Origin: Ruditapes philippinarum
Taxonomy: Eukaryota
Reading direction: 5' to 3'
Assembly (NCBI RefSeq): GCF_026571515.1
Contig: NW_026857404.1
Coordinates: 1 to 64,000, forward strand
DNA length: 64,000 nucleotides
Shown: in pieces, positions 1 through 13,445 of the stretch
Numbering within the stretch: the first letter of the stretch is position 1
Layout: every line of letters begins with the position of its first letter
Program-made: the position numbers and the translations under genes
The notes under the pieces: generated by a model
Databases searched by the model: none
What the model was told of the DNA's origin: nothing
What the model saw: only the letters and a program-made list of their open reading frames with translations

Positions 1-189
1 ATAATTTTTTTAGAATAATGGGGCACCCAAACACAAAAAGGAAAAAACAGTCCCCTTTAAACAATGGGGAATTTACATTATTTTAACCGTTTAAATGTTT
101 TAAGTTATTAAATATAAAAGGCGTAAAAACCCTTTAAAATTTTTAAAAAATAACAAAAAATTTAAAAATTTTTTTCAGGGTTTCCCCCA

Positions 190-2720
190 TTTATTATCTC
201 GGCACATAATCACGTTGCTGTTTTAAGAGCCCCTCCTTTTTTACATTCCCAATTTTTAAAATTAAAAACAAATGAGATATTTTTTTTCACTTTTAATTTC
301 TTTTTACATGTATTAAAAAAAATTTCTTTTTTTAAATTTGCTGTTAAATGTTTGCCGTTTTTTGTTAAATTTTTCACCAATTAAAAATTTTTCATTTTCA
401 TTACTCCCGAAAATTTTTAGGAAAAGGGAATTTTTGTTGCTTTTTTTTGTTAGTTTAAACAGCAAAATATAGGGAACTCTTCGGGAAATGCTTTTTGGGC
501 CCAAAAAAATTCTTTACATTAATCTGTTTATTTTCGATTTTTTTACAACCAATCTTGTAGAGTTGGGCCCCTTTTCCCCTTTATCCTTTTTTTGGGGTAA
601 AATATTGTTTCTTGAACTTTTTTAAGGGGTAGGTTTAAAAAAATTTTTTTTTTGTACCGAATTTCACCCCTTTCAAACATTGATTTTGTACTGGGTGTGG
701 GGGCCTCCCCCTTTAAAAACTGTTCCCTTTAAATGTTTTCCATTTTTTTTCTTTTTAAAAGTTTTTCGTTTATTCTCACCCAAAATCGGAGTTTTTTTGA
801 CAGAAACTTCTGGCAAACACCGGGTTTCTTTTCCCCTTTTTGAAAAAATGTATTTTACGAACCCTTTTTTTTACTTTTTGTTTTCTTCTAACCGGATCGC
901 TTTTCGATACAACAACGCAAAATAAAACATCGTAGCCCTTCTCATAAGTTGGAAGTGCATAATACAATTTCAAATATAGTTTTTTCTCTCTGTTTCCGTG
1001 AAGTTAATGTTCCATTTGAATCTTCATTTAGAGCAGTCACTTTGTTTAACTCCTTTTCCTCTCACTGTTTTACCCGATTTTGATTTGCAAGATTTTTGCA
1101 TTGCAGTTTGTTTCTTTTACGTACAGGTGACTGCCACTCTTTTTCATTTCATTTTCTTTTCCGGATTGTTAGCGTCTGTTTAGGGCTGTTATAGTCTGCA
1201 CGTTTGTGTGCTGTTACAGGAATATGGTTTCCATTCCCACAATGTTCCATTGAATTAACTCTTGGTGTATTATCAGGGGGAAGTTCAGTATTGTCTGGTT
1301 GTATAATGACTGGTTTGGTTGCATCATAATTGCTCATTATTCCAGAATGCAATATACAACTATTTCCATTTGCTGGTTATATTCATCTTGTTTCTCCAGT
1401 TTGATGGCTTAACATTAATAAATGGAGTCGAAGTCGAGCTTGAAATATATCCCACTTCCCAACAATTCAAAGTAGGTAAGTAACAAGCTATAGAGATTCA
1501 ATCGGCTTAGAGTTTTCATCCCAGTGACCATTGCGTCTCATTAATGCTTATTATCTTTCAAAAAAAAAAAAAAACATCCACTTTGATTCACGCTTTATGA
1601 ATTAACTTGTTCAAAGAAAGATAAGTATATGTCCTTATTTTGTTGAATGTGACACATAGCGAATTTCGAAAAGTATCTACGTCCTTACATTAATTTGTTG
1701 TTAAACACTCTCAGCAACAGCTGCAAAGAAACAGGTTTCATTTCTGTGCGGGGAATTTAAAACTCGTTTTTCCCTTATTTTTTACTGCTAAAAAGATGGT
1801 TTTAGTTAGCCCATGCGTTCCCCTTTAAACCCGGCCCTTTAAATATCAAATTTTCTTGCTTTCCCCTTCACTGCCCCCTTTTTTAAATTTTATCATTTTG
1901 TTTGTAAGTTTTTTGTTTTTTTTTTTCTTTCTTTTAAAAAAATTTTATTTATCTTTTAGGGGGCTTTCCTTCTCCCGCAAAAAAATAATTTGTTTTTCCC
2001 TTTTTTTCTGTCTCCCTTTTTTACTGTTTTTTTTTTGGAACTCTTTTTTTCCCCTGAAAACTGTAGCATTTGTATTTTTTTGGGAAAATTTAAAAATGAA
2101 TTTTCCTGGATACTGTATCTTTAACGATTAACCCTTTTGGGCCCAACAGCCCTTTCCCTTTTTTTTCCTTTTTAAATCATTTTTCCATTTAAATTTTAAA
2201 GTGATATTTTTTTTCATCAGAAGAACTTGTATGATGTTGGGCGTCTCTGTGAAGCTTTCCATTGATTTCATTTACGTTTTGTCCGCTGCTGCTATCCTGT
2301 ATTTCATGTTAATTCAAAATGTTGTCCCTTGTTTTTGGTCTGCTTTTTCATGTTTGTTCCTGTGTTGACCATCGTTACTAGTACGTATCTCATTGTCATT
2401 CACGTTTGATCCTGTATTCCATTTCCATGTTCTTTTACATATTCTCCCTTGTTAATAGTCTGTTTTTCATTTGCATCCACAAGTTGTACTTTGTTACTAG
2501 ACTTTATTTCATGTTCATTTATGTGTTGTTCCATATTAATAGCGTATCTCATTTTCATTCATGTATTTATACCCTCATTATTAGCCGGTTTTCAATATTC
2601 ATCAATGTGCTGCTCCACGTTACTTGCGCATGTTTTTCATTTTTCATTCACACGTTCCTCATTAGCCTGGTTTTCTTGATCATTCACATGTTGATCCTGA
2701 TTACTTGGCTGTAAATTTAG
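190..2720 (-). mobile_element. Decayed DNA transposon: E/N/Q/K-rich linker + OTU-like protease + Sola1-like transposase N-terminus
   Basis: Broken frames give OTU-like pieces at ~1310-1745 (TCFFAAVAESV, FRNSLC-HIQQNKDIYLSFFE, MRRNGHWD, LHSGIMSNYD). Sola1-like pieces at ~930-1170 read RK*NEKEWQSPVRKRNK, SKSGKTVRGKGVKQSDCSK*RFK, FTETERKTIFE-LYYALPTYE. Many stops and frameshifts, partly in low-quality sequence. Confidence 0.5.
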
Positions 2721-4326
2721 AAAGGATTCACCCTGCTCCCCTTTTTACTAAACCTGTATTTCAGTTTATTTCATTTTCCGCTCCTTTTCTTTCTTTGCGA
2801 AAAGAAAAATAGGAAAAAAACCCTGTGTTTTAAAAAAATTAAATGCATTTACTGGGAAAAAAATCACATAAATTAAATTTGCAGTGGGAGGTTTTTAAGT
2901 ATACCAAAGGGTTTCTTGGTTTTTTAGTATGCTTATTCTTATGATTATGACTTTTAAATTTATTTTTAAACAGGGAAATTCGCATAAAACCCCACCTTCC
3001 ATAACCCAATTTAAAAGTAATAGTTTTACATTTCCTCCAAAGGTTTTTTTTCTTCCAAAATTTTTTTAAGACAATTACCTTTTTTGACAAACCAATTTAA
3101 AATAAAGTAAAATTTTTCATCACGACAAAATTTAAATACAAACTAATTTTGGTTTTTCCTAAAAAAGAAAGCGGTTTTACCTTTTTATTAAAAAAAATTT
3201 TTTTATTTTGGGGTTAAATGCAATCAAAAAATAGTATGGAACAATTGAAAATTTAAGGGTTTTTTTCACATAAAAAATACCCCAAAACCCCTAAAGAAAA
3301 ACTAATTTTGCCGAATAGAAAACGGTTTTTTTAACTTTTTATTAAAAATTTTCTTTTAAAAATTGAATAAACATTTTTAAAAAATTAATTATTTTTAAAA
3401 ACTTTAATGGGAAATTTTTACAAAACCCGATTTTTTTTTTATCCCAATTTCCTTTTTGTAAACAAACAAATGAACGTGGAAAGTTTTTTATATTTTGTAA
3501 ATTTTTTTTTATTCCATGTTAAATGAAAAGGGTTTCTATTTAAACACGCTAATTTTTCAGATAAAAGGGGGCATAGTTTTAAATTAAATTTCTCTTAGAA
3601 AAAAAGGGCTAATTGGGAAAAAACACCCCATAGTCAGTTTGGGGATAATTTTGCAAAAAAAATTGAAAATAAAAAGGGGATTTTTTGTAAAACTCCCTTT
3701 TAAAGGTAATTTAAATTTTATTAAGACCCTTTTCGTCATTTGGGAAAATTAAAAAAGGCCCGTTTTCGGCCTTTGATTTTAAATTTAATTAAAAAAGTTT
3801 AATAAAGGAAAAATAGCCAAGAAATTTTTAAAAAGAAATTTCACATTTTCTTGTGTAACACAGAAAATTTTTTTCCTTTATTCGGCAAAATTTTTGTTAC
3901 GAACCCTTTTCACTTTAGGTGACGATTTGGGAGTACGACCCGTTTTTAAATTTAAAAGTTTTTCCCTTTTTAAAAAATATGAAAAATCACAAACCAAAGA
4001 AACATTATACAGTACCGAAAAATCATTTCAAATACAAAAATATATCATAGCCATCAACAACAAAAAAAAATCATTAAAATTCTCAAAAAGCATATAACAA
4101 GCATTTCTTTGACGAAATGCATGAGATAATCGTTAATTTATCGTCGACACCGAAAACTGGTGGTCAATTCCCGGGATTACTATATGTTTAATACGTTCCC
4201 GGATCCCGGCTTTTCTGTAGGCGATCCCGGGATTTCCCCCCACCTAATATAGATAACGTAAGTTTGTAAATTATAAAGCCATAATTACAAATAGAACTTA
4301 ATATATATATCCAGTTTGAGGCTTAC

Positions 4327-4359
4327 CTCGCCCGAACAGACGGACAGACGTTCCAATTT
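4327..4359 (-). CDS. 33-nt phase 1-1 micro-exon of the paralogue (EIGTSVRLFGR)
   Basis: gaatatag|AAATT...GGCGAG|gtaagc, following an 85-nt intron; frame-preserving. Confidence 0.55.
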
Positions 4360-4444
4360 CTATATTCACGAGGACATACAAAGACATGAATCATCGCAGA
4401 CTATATTTTTATGTTACAAGAAAATGAAGTCAATAATAAATTAC

Positions 4445-4664
4445 CTTGACTTGATGCCTTGTTTGTTCCTGCCAAATGCCTCCTTGAAGCTTCTAATCTC
4501 CTAAGCCGGGAGTTCATTTTAGAAATCTCATACTTATTTTGAAAAATCTCTTTCTGCATAAATTCTTGTAGATCCTTGATAGTTTTACACTCACAGTCAG
4601 TGTCACAATTTGTTCCATTAACAATGATTGTAACCATGATAATGAGAAATTCTATTTTACCCAT
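4445..4664 (-). CDS. First coding exon of a tandem paralogue (remainder beyond the window start or lost)
   Basis: [60 protein letters not shown]... is highly similar to 63727-63949, with the same CAAG|gtaat donor. Flanking intron and UTR sequence also align. Confidence 0.85.
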
Positions 4665-4770
4665 TTTGAATGTTTTCCTTCACAGATAATACGTCTTTAT
4701 TCACTTGCTGCAAATTATATACTGTGTAGCTAAGAAAGTAACTACAGATTTAAATGCTTAAATTCCAGAC

Positions 4771-4945
4771 AAATGAATTTACCTTCACCTACTTTTATAT
4801 GAGCGTGCAAAAAGGTTTACGTTAAAAACACTACTTTTTTCTTAGAAAGTATTTATTTCCTCGATGTGGTAATATCTTCTGGGATAGTTCCAAACCTTTT
4901 TCTTAGAAAATAACTTAACCTAGATGCTGTTATATCTTCTCGGAA
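4771..4945 (-). promoter_or_regulatory. Candidate core promoter of the paralogue: TATA + Inr + three STAT/GAS motifs + kB-like site
   Basis: Minus-strand TATAAAAG at 4792-4799 and TCATTT Inr at 4771-4776. TTCTTAGAA at 4839-4847 and 4900-4908, TTCTCGGAA at 4937-4945, GGGATAGTTCC at 4881-4891. Motif matches only. Confidence 0.45.
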
Positions 4946-6444
4946 AGCGATAAGATAATAAACAATGAAGGAATAAATAAAGTAGATGAAAAACAAGATC
5001 CTGTCATGTCCTTTTGATACGGGTGCCTTAAAAAATCCTTTATGATGTAATTAAGATATTTAAATGCAAATTCACACAATCTTGTGTCATTTGAAATCAC
5101 TTTTAATTTTCCCTCAAACCCGCTTATTGAAACAAATAATAACATAATGTCAAAACACGAGTCAAAACAGAATTATGCATGTATGTATTTTTTCATTACT
5201 GCAGACAGTCTTGTGTAGAGGAAAGCCAAGCGGTCTTGTTTCTTGCTGCAAGTTTACTCACAATATTTATGTATTCATAGTAAATTTAATATATCTATAT
5301 ATGTTTTCATATTTAGACCTTGCATTTAGATATTGACAACGTTGTTAAATGACGCCCTATTTCATTTTTGTCATGATTATTGCATTAACTACAATTATAG
5401 TTTAAATTTAATCTTAAAGAAAAAAATATAACAACAACACACATCTGAATATGATGCAATAACAAACGACAAATATTACCTACTTTAATTAATTCGATCT
5501 ACATGAACTTACCTTGATATAAATGTATATTAACAGAAATCGAGCTAATCTGATATTTCTGCTCATCGTTTTAAATGTTGCTATTGAATATATCAACAAA
5601 TGGAGGCCATTCAAGCCTATGTATACGCCATTTGCATTTTCCGGCTTGTATAACACCTAATCAGAGCAGAATAAGATTCTATGATAAGACCATTACCAAA
5701 GTTTCACTAACTGTTCTACTCTTGCAGCCAAAAAATAAATAAATAAATAAAACGGTATAAAATTTGAACATCGAAATTAATTTATATCCTATCTTTAAGT
5801 TAAAACCCTTGAAGAATCCGGATTAATTAACCGTTTATATTTATTGAGATTATTTATTATGTATGCCTACGGATAGGCCACTGGCGAAATAAATATTTAT
5901 ACAACAATGTCAGGATTAAGCTTGAAAACCAAGATAGTGTACCAGCTAAGAACTATCACTAATAATTATGCCTTATTCTCATAATAAGTTGCATTTACAT
6001 GGATTGTCCAAAATAATGTTACTGTCAATGACTTATTTATACCAATGTTGGAATGCGTTGCGATATTAACTAAATTTTAACAATCAATATCATGTACATC
6101 TCTATGATAATATATATCAGGACACTTTGTGGGTGATAGTACATAACATCATAAATTAAGGAAAGTAAAATTGCTGAGGCAAAAGAAAATGAAGACACGT
6201 TGTTTCAAGAGTAAGCAGATAATTTTACCATCATACTGATAAGAATTTGGTATTTATATCACATGTATTAATTGATCATTTAAAATATAGCATTATCTAG
6301 CAAACATAATCCTGAGGGGAAAAACATACAAAACAAACAACAGTGCCTGTATAATAATAGAAATTATACTAGAAGAAGCATGTCGACAATTACATAAAAT
6401 TATAACATAGCACCGTAATATACACAGATATGCCATTTCTTAAA

Positions 6445-9110
6445 ACTAACGAGAAACACGAAGTCAAAGTTGTATAGGCATAGGTAGCGGTGAATTATGC
6501 ATATTTTATTCTCTATTTTATGCATATATATAGTAATTAAACGGACAATAACGGGAGATAAAATAGGGCGTTACATGTCTACTAAGCTTAGACTATACAT
6601 GATTACATATAAAACAAATACATTAAAAAAAAGTCAATTATGCAAATCATTGTTAAAAAGAAGTATCAGACACTAAAATCTACAAATATCTTACAAAATT
6701 AAAACAGCCCACAAAACGCCCGCTAAGATTCAATGAATTAAAAAAAACAAGAAAAAAAAACAATACACATCGTACACATCAAATACATTAAATACATTTA
6801 ACTTTCAATCCTTAAAAATAAACTGAAAAATTACCTTTTGAAGATTATATTATATATTAAAATGTTAAACTGCTATAACGATAAATGTGAACTTTTCGCG
6901 TTTCTAAAATTTCCCCAAAAACGTGCCTACATGACTTTTATGAAATTTCATAATTCGCGATGTTTCGTACGAAATGTTCCGGAACTTCCGTAAAAATACC
7001 CGTAAAAACACAGTATTATTTTTCAAACTCGCAAATGCTCGATTTCCGATCACGGCTCTTTTTTATGATTGTTTATATGAAATAATTATACAGTTTCTGT
7101 TGACACTTATACGATCATATACAACAAGAAAATGACAACAAAAACTCCTAGTATGATATATTTTAATATTCAGTATTTAATTTTGCAGCCACATGGATAA
7201 ATTAAATCAGTGATTTTGACATGCTTTACATTTAAAAGAAAAAAAAAGATTGTTGTCACACTGAATATCAGTCCAAAGGGAAATATGAAAACTTAGGGAC
7301 AGCCTGTTAACCAGAAGACGGGGTATCAACCAGGAACAGAGTATTGTCCTATGACAGAGAATCTGAGGTTAAAATATTATCAGAGAACAGACAATATCAA
7401 GTCAGGAACAGAATAGTAATCGATGACTGAATATCAAAACCGAAAGGAAAATACCAAATCAAGGAGAGAATATTATGATATAATTCAAAGACAAAATATC
7501 AACTCTAAGACGGGACAAATATTCTGGGAAAGAATATTAGCCCAATGACAGAATATCAACCCTATTAAAAATATCACCACGTCCTGACTTATCATTGAGA
7601 TATTCTCAGTTAAGGATTTCCCCCTTTTTTTTTATCTCAATTCATATATTATACATCTGAACTACACATGTCTCTCATTATAATTTACACCTGCAACAAA
7701 CACTCACCATTCATTCATTTACCATTTATTCAAAACATCTTTTTATATACGTTTTTATATAACTGGTGAGACCACACTTTAAACAACTTTTGATCGTAAA
7801 GAGTTTATACAAACTGCCAGGAGCAACAGATATAAAATAACTGTACGCTGAAAAATGATAATTACACAACACCCCAGACAACGTATCGCTGTACTCGATG
7901 TAAAAATAATCAACTGATAAAACCGTCTTCCGTTATTTTTCTGTTCGTGAAAAGGCGTCATTCTGGTAAGAGTATTTCACTAGAGAATGTTTGCATTGTC
8001 AAGGTATGTTATGTAAAATAATATCTCTTCTTGTCTTCAAATCTAGTAACATAACGGGAGAGGTAATTCTGAAAATTTACAAAACTATTACGTACGGTAT
8101 TACTTCCATTTTGTCAGCGTGTAAGAGTACGAAACAGGAGTAAGATATCAATTGATAAAACAGCTTTAGAGCGTCTGAACGTACACATGCTTTAGAATTA
8201 TACTTTTTAATGCAATATCATTAAACATAGCATATGCTATTCAACTTTGATTTACATTTGTACTTATTAACAATTAAATTAACATTTAAGATGATTTCAA
8301 AGTCATACATAGAGATGGTAGTGAAGTATGTCACAATTTTTGTTGTGTAAAGATTTTCTGCTAATATTTATATATAATATAGGTTTTCATCTATTACATT
8401 AAAGTGACACCATCCGTCCAACGAGAAACGCCAAGTCCAAGGTGTATTAGTATAGGCGGCGGTGAATTATGCATATATAGTAATTTAACAGGCAATAACG
8501 GGAAATAAAATAGTGCATGACATAACTACTAAGATACATTTATTAGTCAGACTCTGCATTGTAACAAATAGAAAAGATGTATCCACATAGAGGCAATCAT
8601 GCTAATCATTCTAAAAAAGGTATGAGAACTAAAATTTACAAATATCTTACAAAATTAAAACAGTCCAGAAAAATCCCGCTAAGAGTTAATGAATTAGAAA
8701 CATTACACATTGTATACATTATATACATTTAACTTTCAATCCATTGAAATAATTTTTGAAGATCATATCACAAATTACGAGTATATTAAATGCTAAACAG
8801 CTATTATAATAATGAAATTGGAAATTTTCGCGTTACTAAAATTACGCGAATATGCCTTGCAACTGTATAGTTCAGAATGTTTCGTGTCAAATTTTCGTAA
8901 ACTTCAGTAAAAATACCCGAAAAATCACGGTAAATACTCGACATTATACCATTTCTAAATCTCGTGAAATGTTCGTTATTTTATTTCACGGTTATCAGTT
9001 AAATAGATTAATAAAAACAATGATATAGACACGATTTACATCTTTAAGAAAAACAAGACAGTGATGTGATACTTAATATCAACCCGAGGATAATATGTAA
9101 ACATGGACTA
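6445..9110 (+). repeat. Diverged direct duplication (~6445-7300 vs ~8418-9110)
   Basis: Shared colinear blocks aacgagaaac...gcggtgaattatgcatat, tacaaatatcttacaaaattaaaacag, tacatttaactttcaatcc, gtaaaaatacccg. Confidence 0.75.
7260..7580. repeat. Degenerate ~21-bp minisatellite (acagaatatcaac core)
   Basis: Recurring gacagaatatc / aatatcaa cores at roughly 21-bp spacing. Confidence 0.5.
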
Positions 9111-12100
9111 CCTAACTATCTAACTGTTTGTAAACCTTTATGACTATTGCAGGCAATAGCATTTTAGATAGGTCACAATTCTGACAAAATTGTAACCCTA
9201 AAATGTTTTATATAATGTTGTCAAATATCTCAAGTATTTGTCCGAACCAAATCTGCAGTGTTAACTTATGTCACTTGTTCATGTTTAAGCAATTTCACTA
9301 ACCTAGCAAGGTAATGCATTTCCAAATCTCAAAATAATATGTTTTTATGACATATGCTGTGAAGAGAATGACCTTGATGTAATTTATTCTGAGTGGTTTT
9401 TTAAATTAAACTTTATCCACTTCCCAAAATATGAAGGCAGGGCAGCACCGCCTGAAATTTATACTTGAAATATTTTCAGTTGGATAACTAGACGGTAATT
9501 GTTTGAATAACATTATTCTTTTAGGTGTTGTTTTTTATCTTAAAAAAATCATATAAACAACTAAACAACAAACGCCTGGTATTGTTATTCACACCAGAAC
9601 AGAAAAGAGCATATATATTATTAGATTTGTACCAAAGGTACAATATCGTTACATGTTTACAAAACTGATACAGTCAAATGATAAACCAATATTTCTTGGT
9701 ATAGAATTGCAATAACACATACATTAACACATTTAACTTTAATGCAATTACATGATCGTTTCAGTTCCAAGAGGATCGTCTAAATATTAGTATGTGTAGC
9801 AGATTTTCTTAAGGTCACGTTTTATATAAATAACTAAATTTGTGGGATTTTTTAAAACAGTTTTTATAGCTCTATAAATTTATGCTGCTTGGTTTAATAT
9901 AATAATATCTATGAAAATTTTCCTGAAATCAATATTATACAGGCAATTAAAAATAAAATGATATTCGTCTTCAATGTCGTTCTGGCCACAGTATATGCAA
10001 TAACGATTCTTTTGGTATAGACTTGTTTGAATTTTCAAAGAATGTGATGACAACCCTTATGTTGTAAAATAACATCTTATCTTGAAAGGCAAAATATCCA
10101 CATACAATATCGAAAATCCGTTGTTGCAAACATAATATAAAAGTCTTTTCACATACGGTATCTGGCAAATCCCACACATGCAAAACCATAATCTGATGAT
10201 AATTTTTTTCACATTTTACAACAAGGTTTTCTTCAAAAATAAACAATCATCATTATAATTATTCAAATCTATACGCGTGCTGTAATATTATATCATCAGA
10301 AACTGCAGAAAATCTTGTGAGTGGAAATGCAAGGCGGCGTTTTTTCTGCCTGCAAGTTGACCCACTACATGTATTCATTCATAGTAAATTTCCTTGTCTC
10401 TTTCAATATTTGTATTACCTAGAGGATTTTTTTACAGCGGTCATAATATATCTGAAGTACGTTTTCGCTGAATGACCGTTTCGTTGCTGGAGTAGAGCAG
10501 AACTACTAAACAACAATGGATTTTTCGGTATTACTTCTCATTATTTCATGCTTTCCAGTGTTTTATTGTAATATATCAGATGATTATATTCTGATAAACC
10601 ACTAGTGAAATTTATAAAATATAATTTTCACTGTAGCCGGACTATATCTGAATGCGGATGAAAAGAGAATCATAACTAAATGGAATAACAGGCAGAAATA
10701 AATGCTGTCATTCGTAAATTTTGCTTCTTTATGAAAAGAAAGTCGATGTCAATACATCATGTTTAAAATATAACAAAATTAGAGAAATTAAACAGAACTA
10801 TATTTCAAAATTGATGATGTGACATCAGGAGAATGCGCGACGTTACGAGGTAGAATCAAAAAAAGAATACTTAAAATCACTTAAAAAGCATGAAATAAAA
10901 AGAAAATTTATTTGTTTTACATATAAGATTGAAATATATTTCATTTGTGAACACCAGCTATTATATTTTCACTCGTGGCTACATTTAAAGGTTCAAAAGT
11001 TCTAATTAGATTTATTATGTAATTCATATATAATTCAATGATGATGTGAATGTTTTTATGTTTATTATTTATTGCACAGTACAAATTTTAAATGAATAAA
11101 AGTAAAAGGCGCATACTCGTTTAGATTTTTTTGAAGTAGAACACAAGTTCCCGAAAAAGCTCGTTACTGTTCGTGTTAACACGATAAAAAACGAATTAGT
11201 GTCTTAATTCCAAGAACACGAAAATGTGCACAGAACTGCCAATACTTATAGTATTAGCATTATTTATCTTACACAAAAATATACCCACATGGCAATTTTG
11301 CATCTTCATAATTAGCGATGTTGAGTACAGAAAATATATTGTGTAGGCTATATGAATTTTTCATATAAATTTTTTACTTTATGGCTTGATTCCAATAATT
11401 CTGCATTATCCCTCGTACAACACTTAAGTGACTGAATTACCTTTATCAACTTTGAATGAAAACCATATGTTGCGTAGCTCAACTAGAATATCGCAGCTTT
11501 ATTGAGAGTTCCAGACGAATGTCTACATTCAAACAAATTTAACCTTCAACTGATTGCGTGTAAACAACTTTGGAAGAACGTTTAAACATGATCTTATCAT
11601 CAACATAAGATGAAAATTCTCCTTAGAAAACCACAATCATTTTCTGTTTAACATATTACGCAGCAGCTTAGAAAGAGCAAGATGAATGTTTGCAACATAT
11701 TTACCTTGACCGAATTCTATTACACTGTTTCATTTGAAAACCGTGACGACAGTTGTAGTTGACGATAAAGACGTACCATATGTATACTAATATATTTTAC
11801 ACGAAACACGGTCGAGATAAAATCTCTTTTATTTGTTTCATTTTTAATAAGGTCGTGGTAAAGTCAAATTCACCATACAAACTTGTAGTATCCATACAAT
11901 ATATGATGATGTAGATATATGTATCATGTTACATAGCCACTCTGTATCAGCCTCTCAAATACCAAGTAGTGTACAATAGTCGCTCGTAGTGAATTAACGT
12001 ATATAACTGCAAATCGGCTCTTACTCGGCAGTAATTAGTGTAGCCGCTTTTTCATGAAGATAGTGAAAATTGTGATTGGCATATTTTAATTAGCCAGGTC

Positions 12101-13210
12101 AGGTGTTTCTCTAAAGGCTGATAACACTGTAGCAATGTGAGGATACATTCAAATTTATTACATAGATAATGCACGTGGAGCCCAGCTCGCAGAGACAAAT
12201 GAGAACACAGTAACTTTTTGATATCCTTTTAACTCTAAGAAAAAAATGTTAATTATTAATTGCTGACTGTTTATATTTTCTAGAAAAAGTAAGCAAAATA
12301 TTATTTTGTTTCATATGACAGGAATGAATTGCATTAACAATCCTAGGTATTGTTCAAAACTCATTGTTTTACATGCCAGATTAAGTAATTGGACGGCATC
12401 CTGTTTTTGTTTTCCTTATACATACGTTTTATTTTGGCCTCTATAAAATTTGAGGTTTACTTGCTGCCTTTTATCATAGAATCAGGAATGGAAAGCCATG
12501 GCCTTCTTAAATTGTTCATTTATCAATTAATATAACCTCTTTGGTATATATATAAATATCATAAATTGAGAAAATCAAATTATATATAGCTACCTTGGTT
12601 TCATACATTGACCAAATTGCTTCATATATTGTAACTGTGGATTAATATAATGACTTCCGGTTTAATTAGATTGTGTTTCAATTCATATATAATGAAACTG
12701 TACTGATATATAATCCACATGGTTGAATTTATTGAAAAGGAACAATATTAGACAAGCGTGGCTTTCTATAATCAAGCATAGGTTAAATGATTGTAACTGG
12801 AGGGAACTTCAAATTGTCAGGATAACAACACCGTTTGAATGTACTGTGAAACCAAACAAAATTAATGTAAAAGTGAAGCGATCCTGCGGGCAAATTGGTC
12901 GTGTGATATCATAAGTAAATTAATTTACCTCAGCAAGATGCTCAGTTTTTGGGATTCGTCTAGTACCAGATTTAGATACTTATTTATATAACAAATATAA
13001 CAAATATAACAAAAAGAGGTGTTCATCTAATCTAAATTTTATTAACTATGTTCTACATTTATAAAGTTATTTACATCAATGCATGCACAAAAGTTCTTCT
13101 TTTTCTAACATCTACAATAACTCGCTAAGTCATCATTGAAAATTTACTTTTTCAGAATAAGAGCCATGAATCATTGTCATTTATATCAACACATCACTTA
13201 TAATACACGT

Positions 13211-13445
13211 ACTAACACTTCACTTAAGTTCAATTACTAACACTTCACTAAAGTTCACTTACTAACACTTCACTTAAGTTCAATTACTAACACTTCACTT
13301 AAGTTCAATTACTAACACTTCACTTAAGTTCAATTACTAACACTTTACTAAAGTTCACTTACTAACACTTCACTAAAATTCACGTTAAAACACATTACTG
13401 AAAATTCACCTTATAGCACATCACTAATGATTCACTTACTAGCAC
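13211..13445. repeat. 25-bp minisatellite
   Basis: actaacacttcacttaagttcaatt x7 plus about 2 degenerate copies. Confidence 0.9.

Noticed and set aside
1-3990. F/K-rich short ORFs (313-504, 680-925, 1856-2131, 2406-2714, 2839-3090)
   Set aside because: Products of homopolymer-corrupted sequence or antisense reading of the decayed transposon; no domain motifs.
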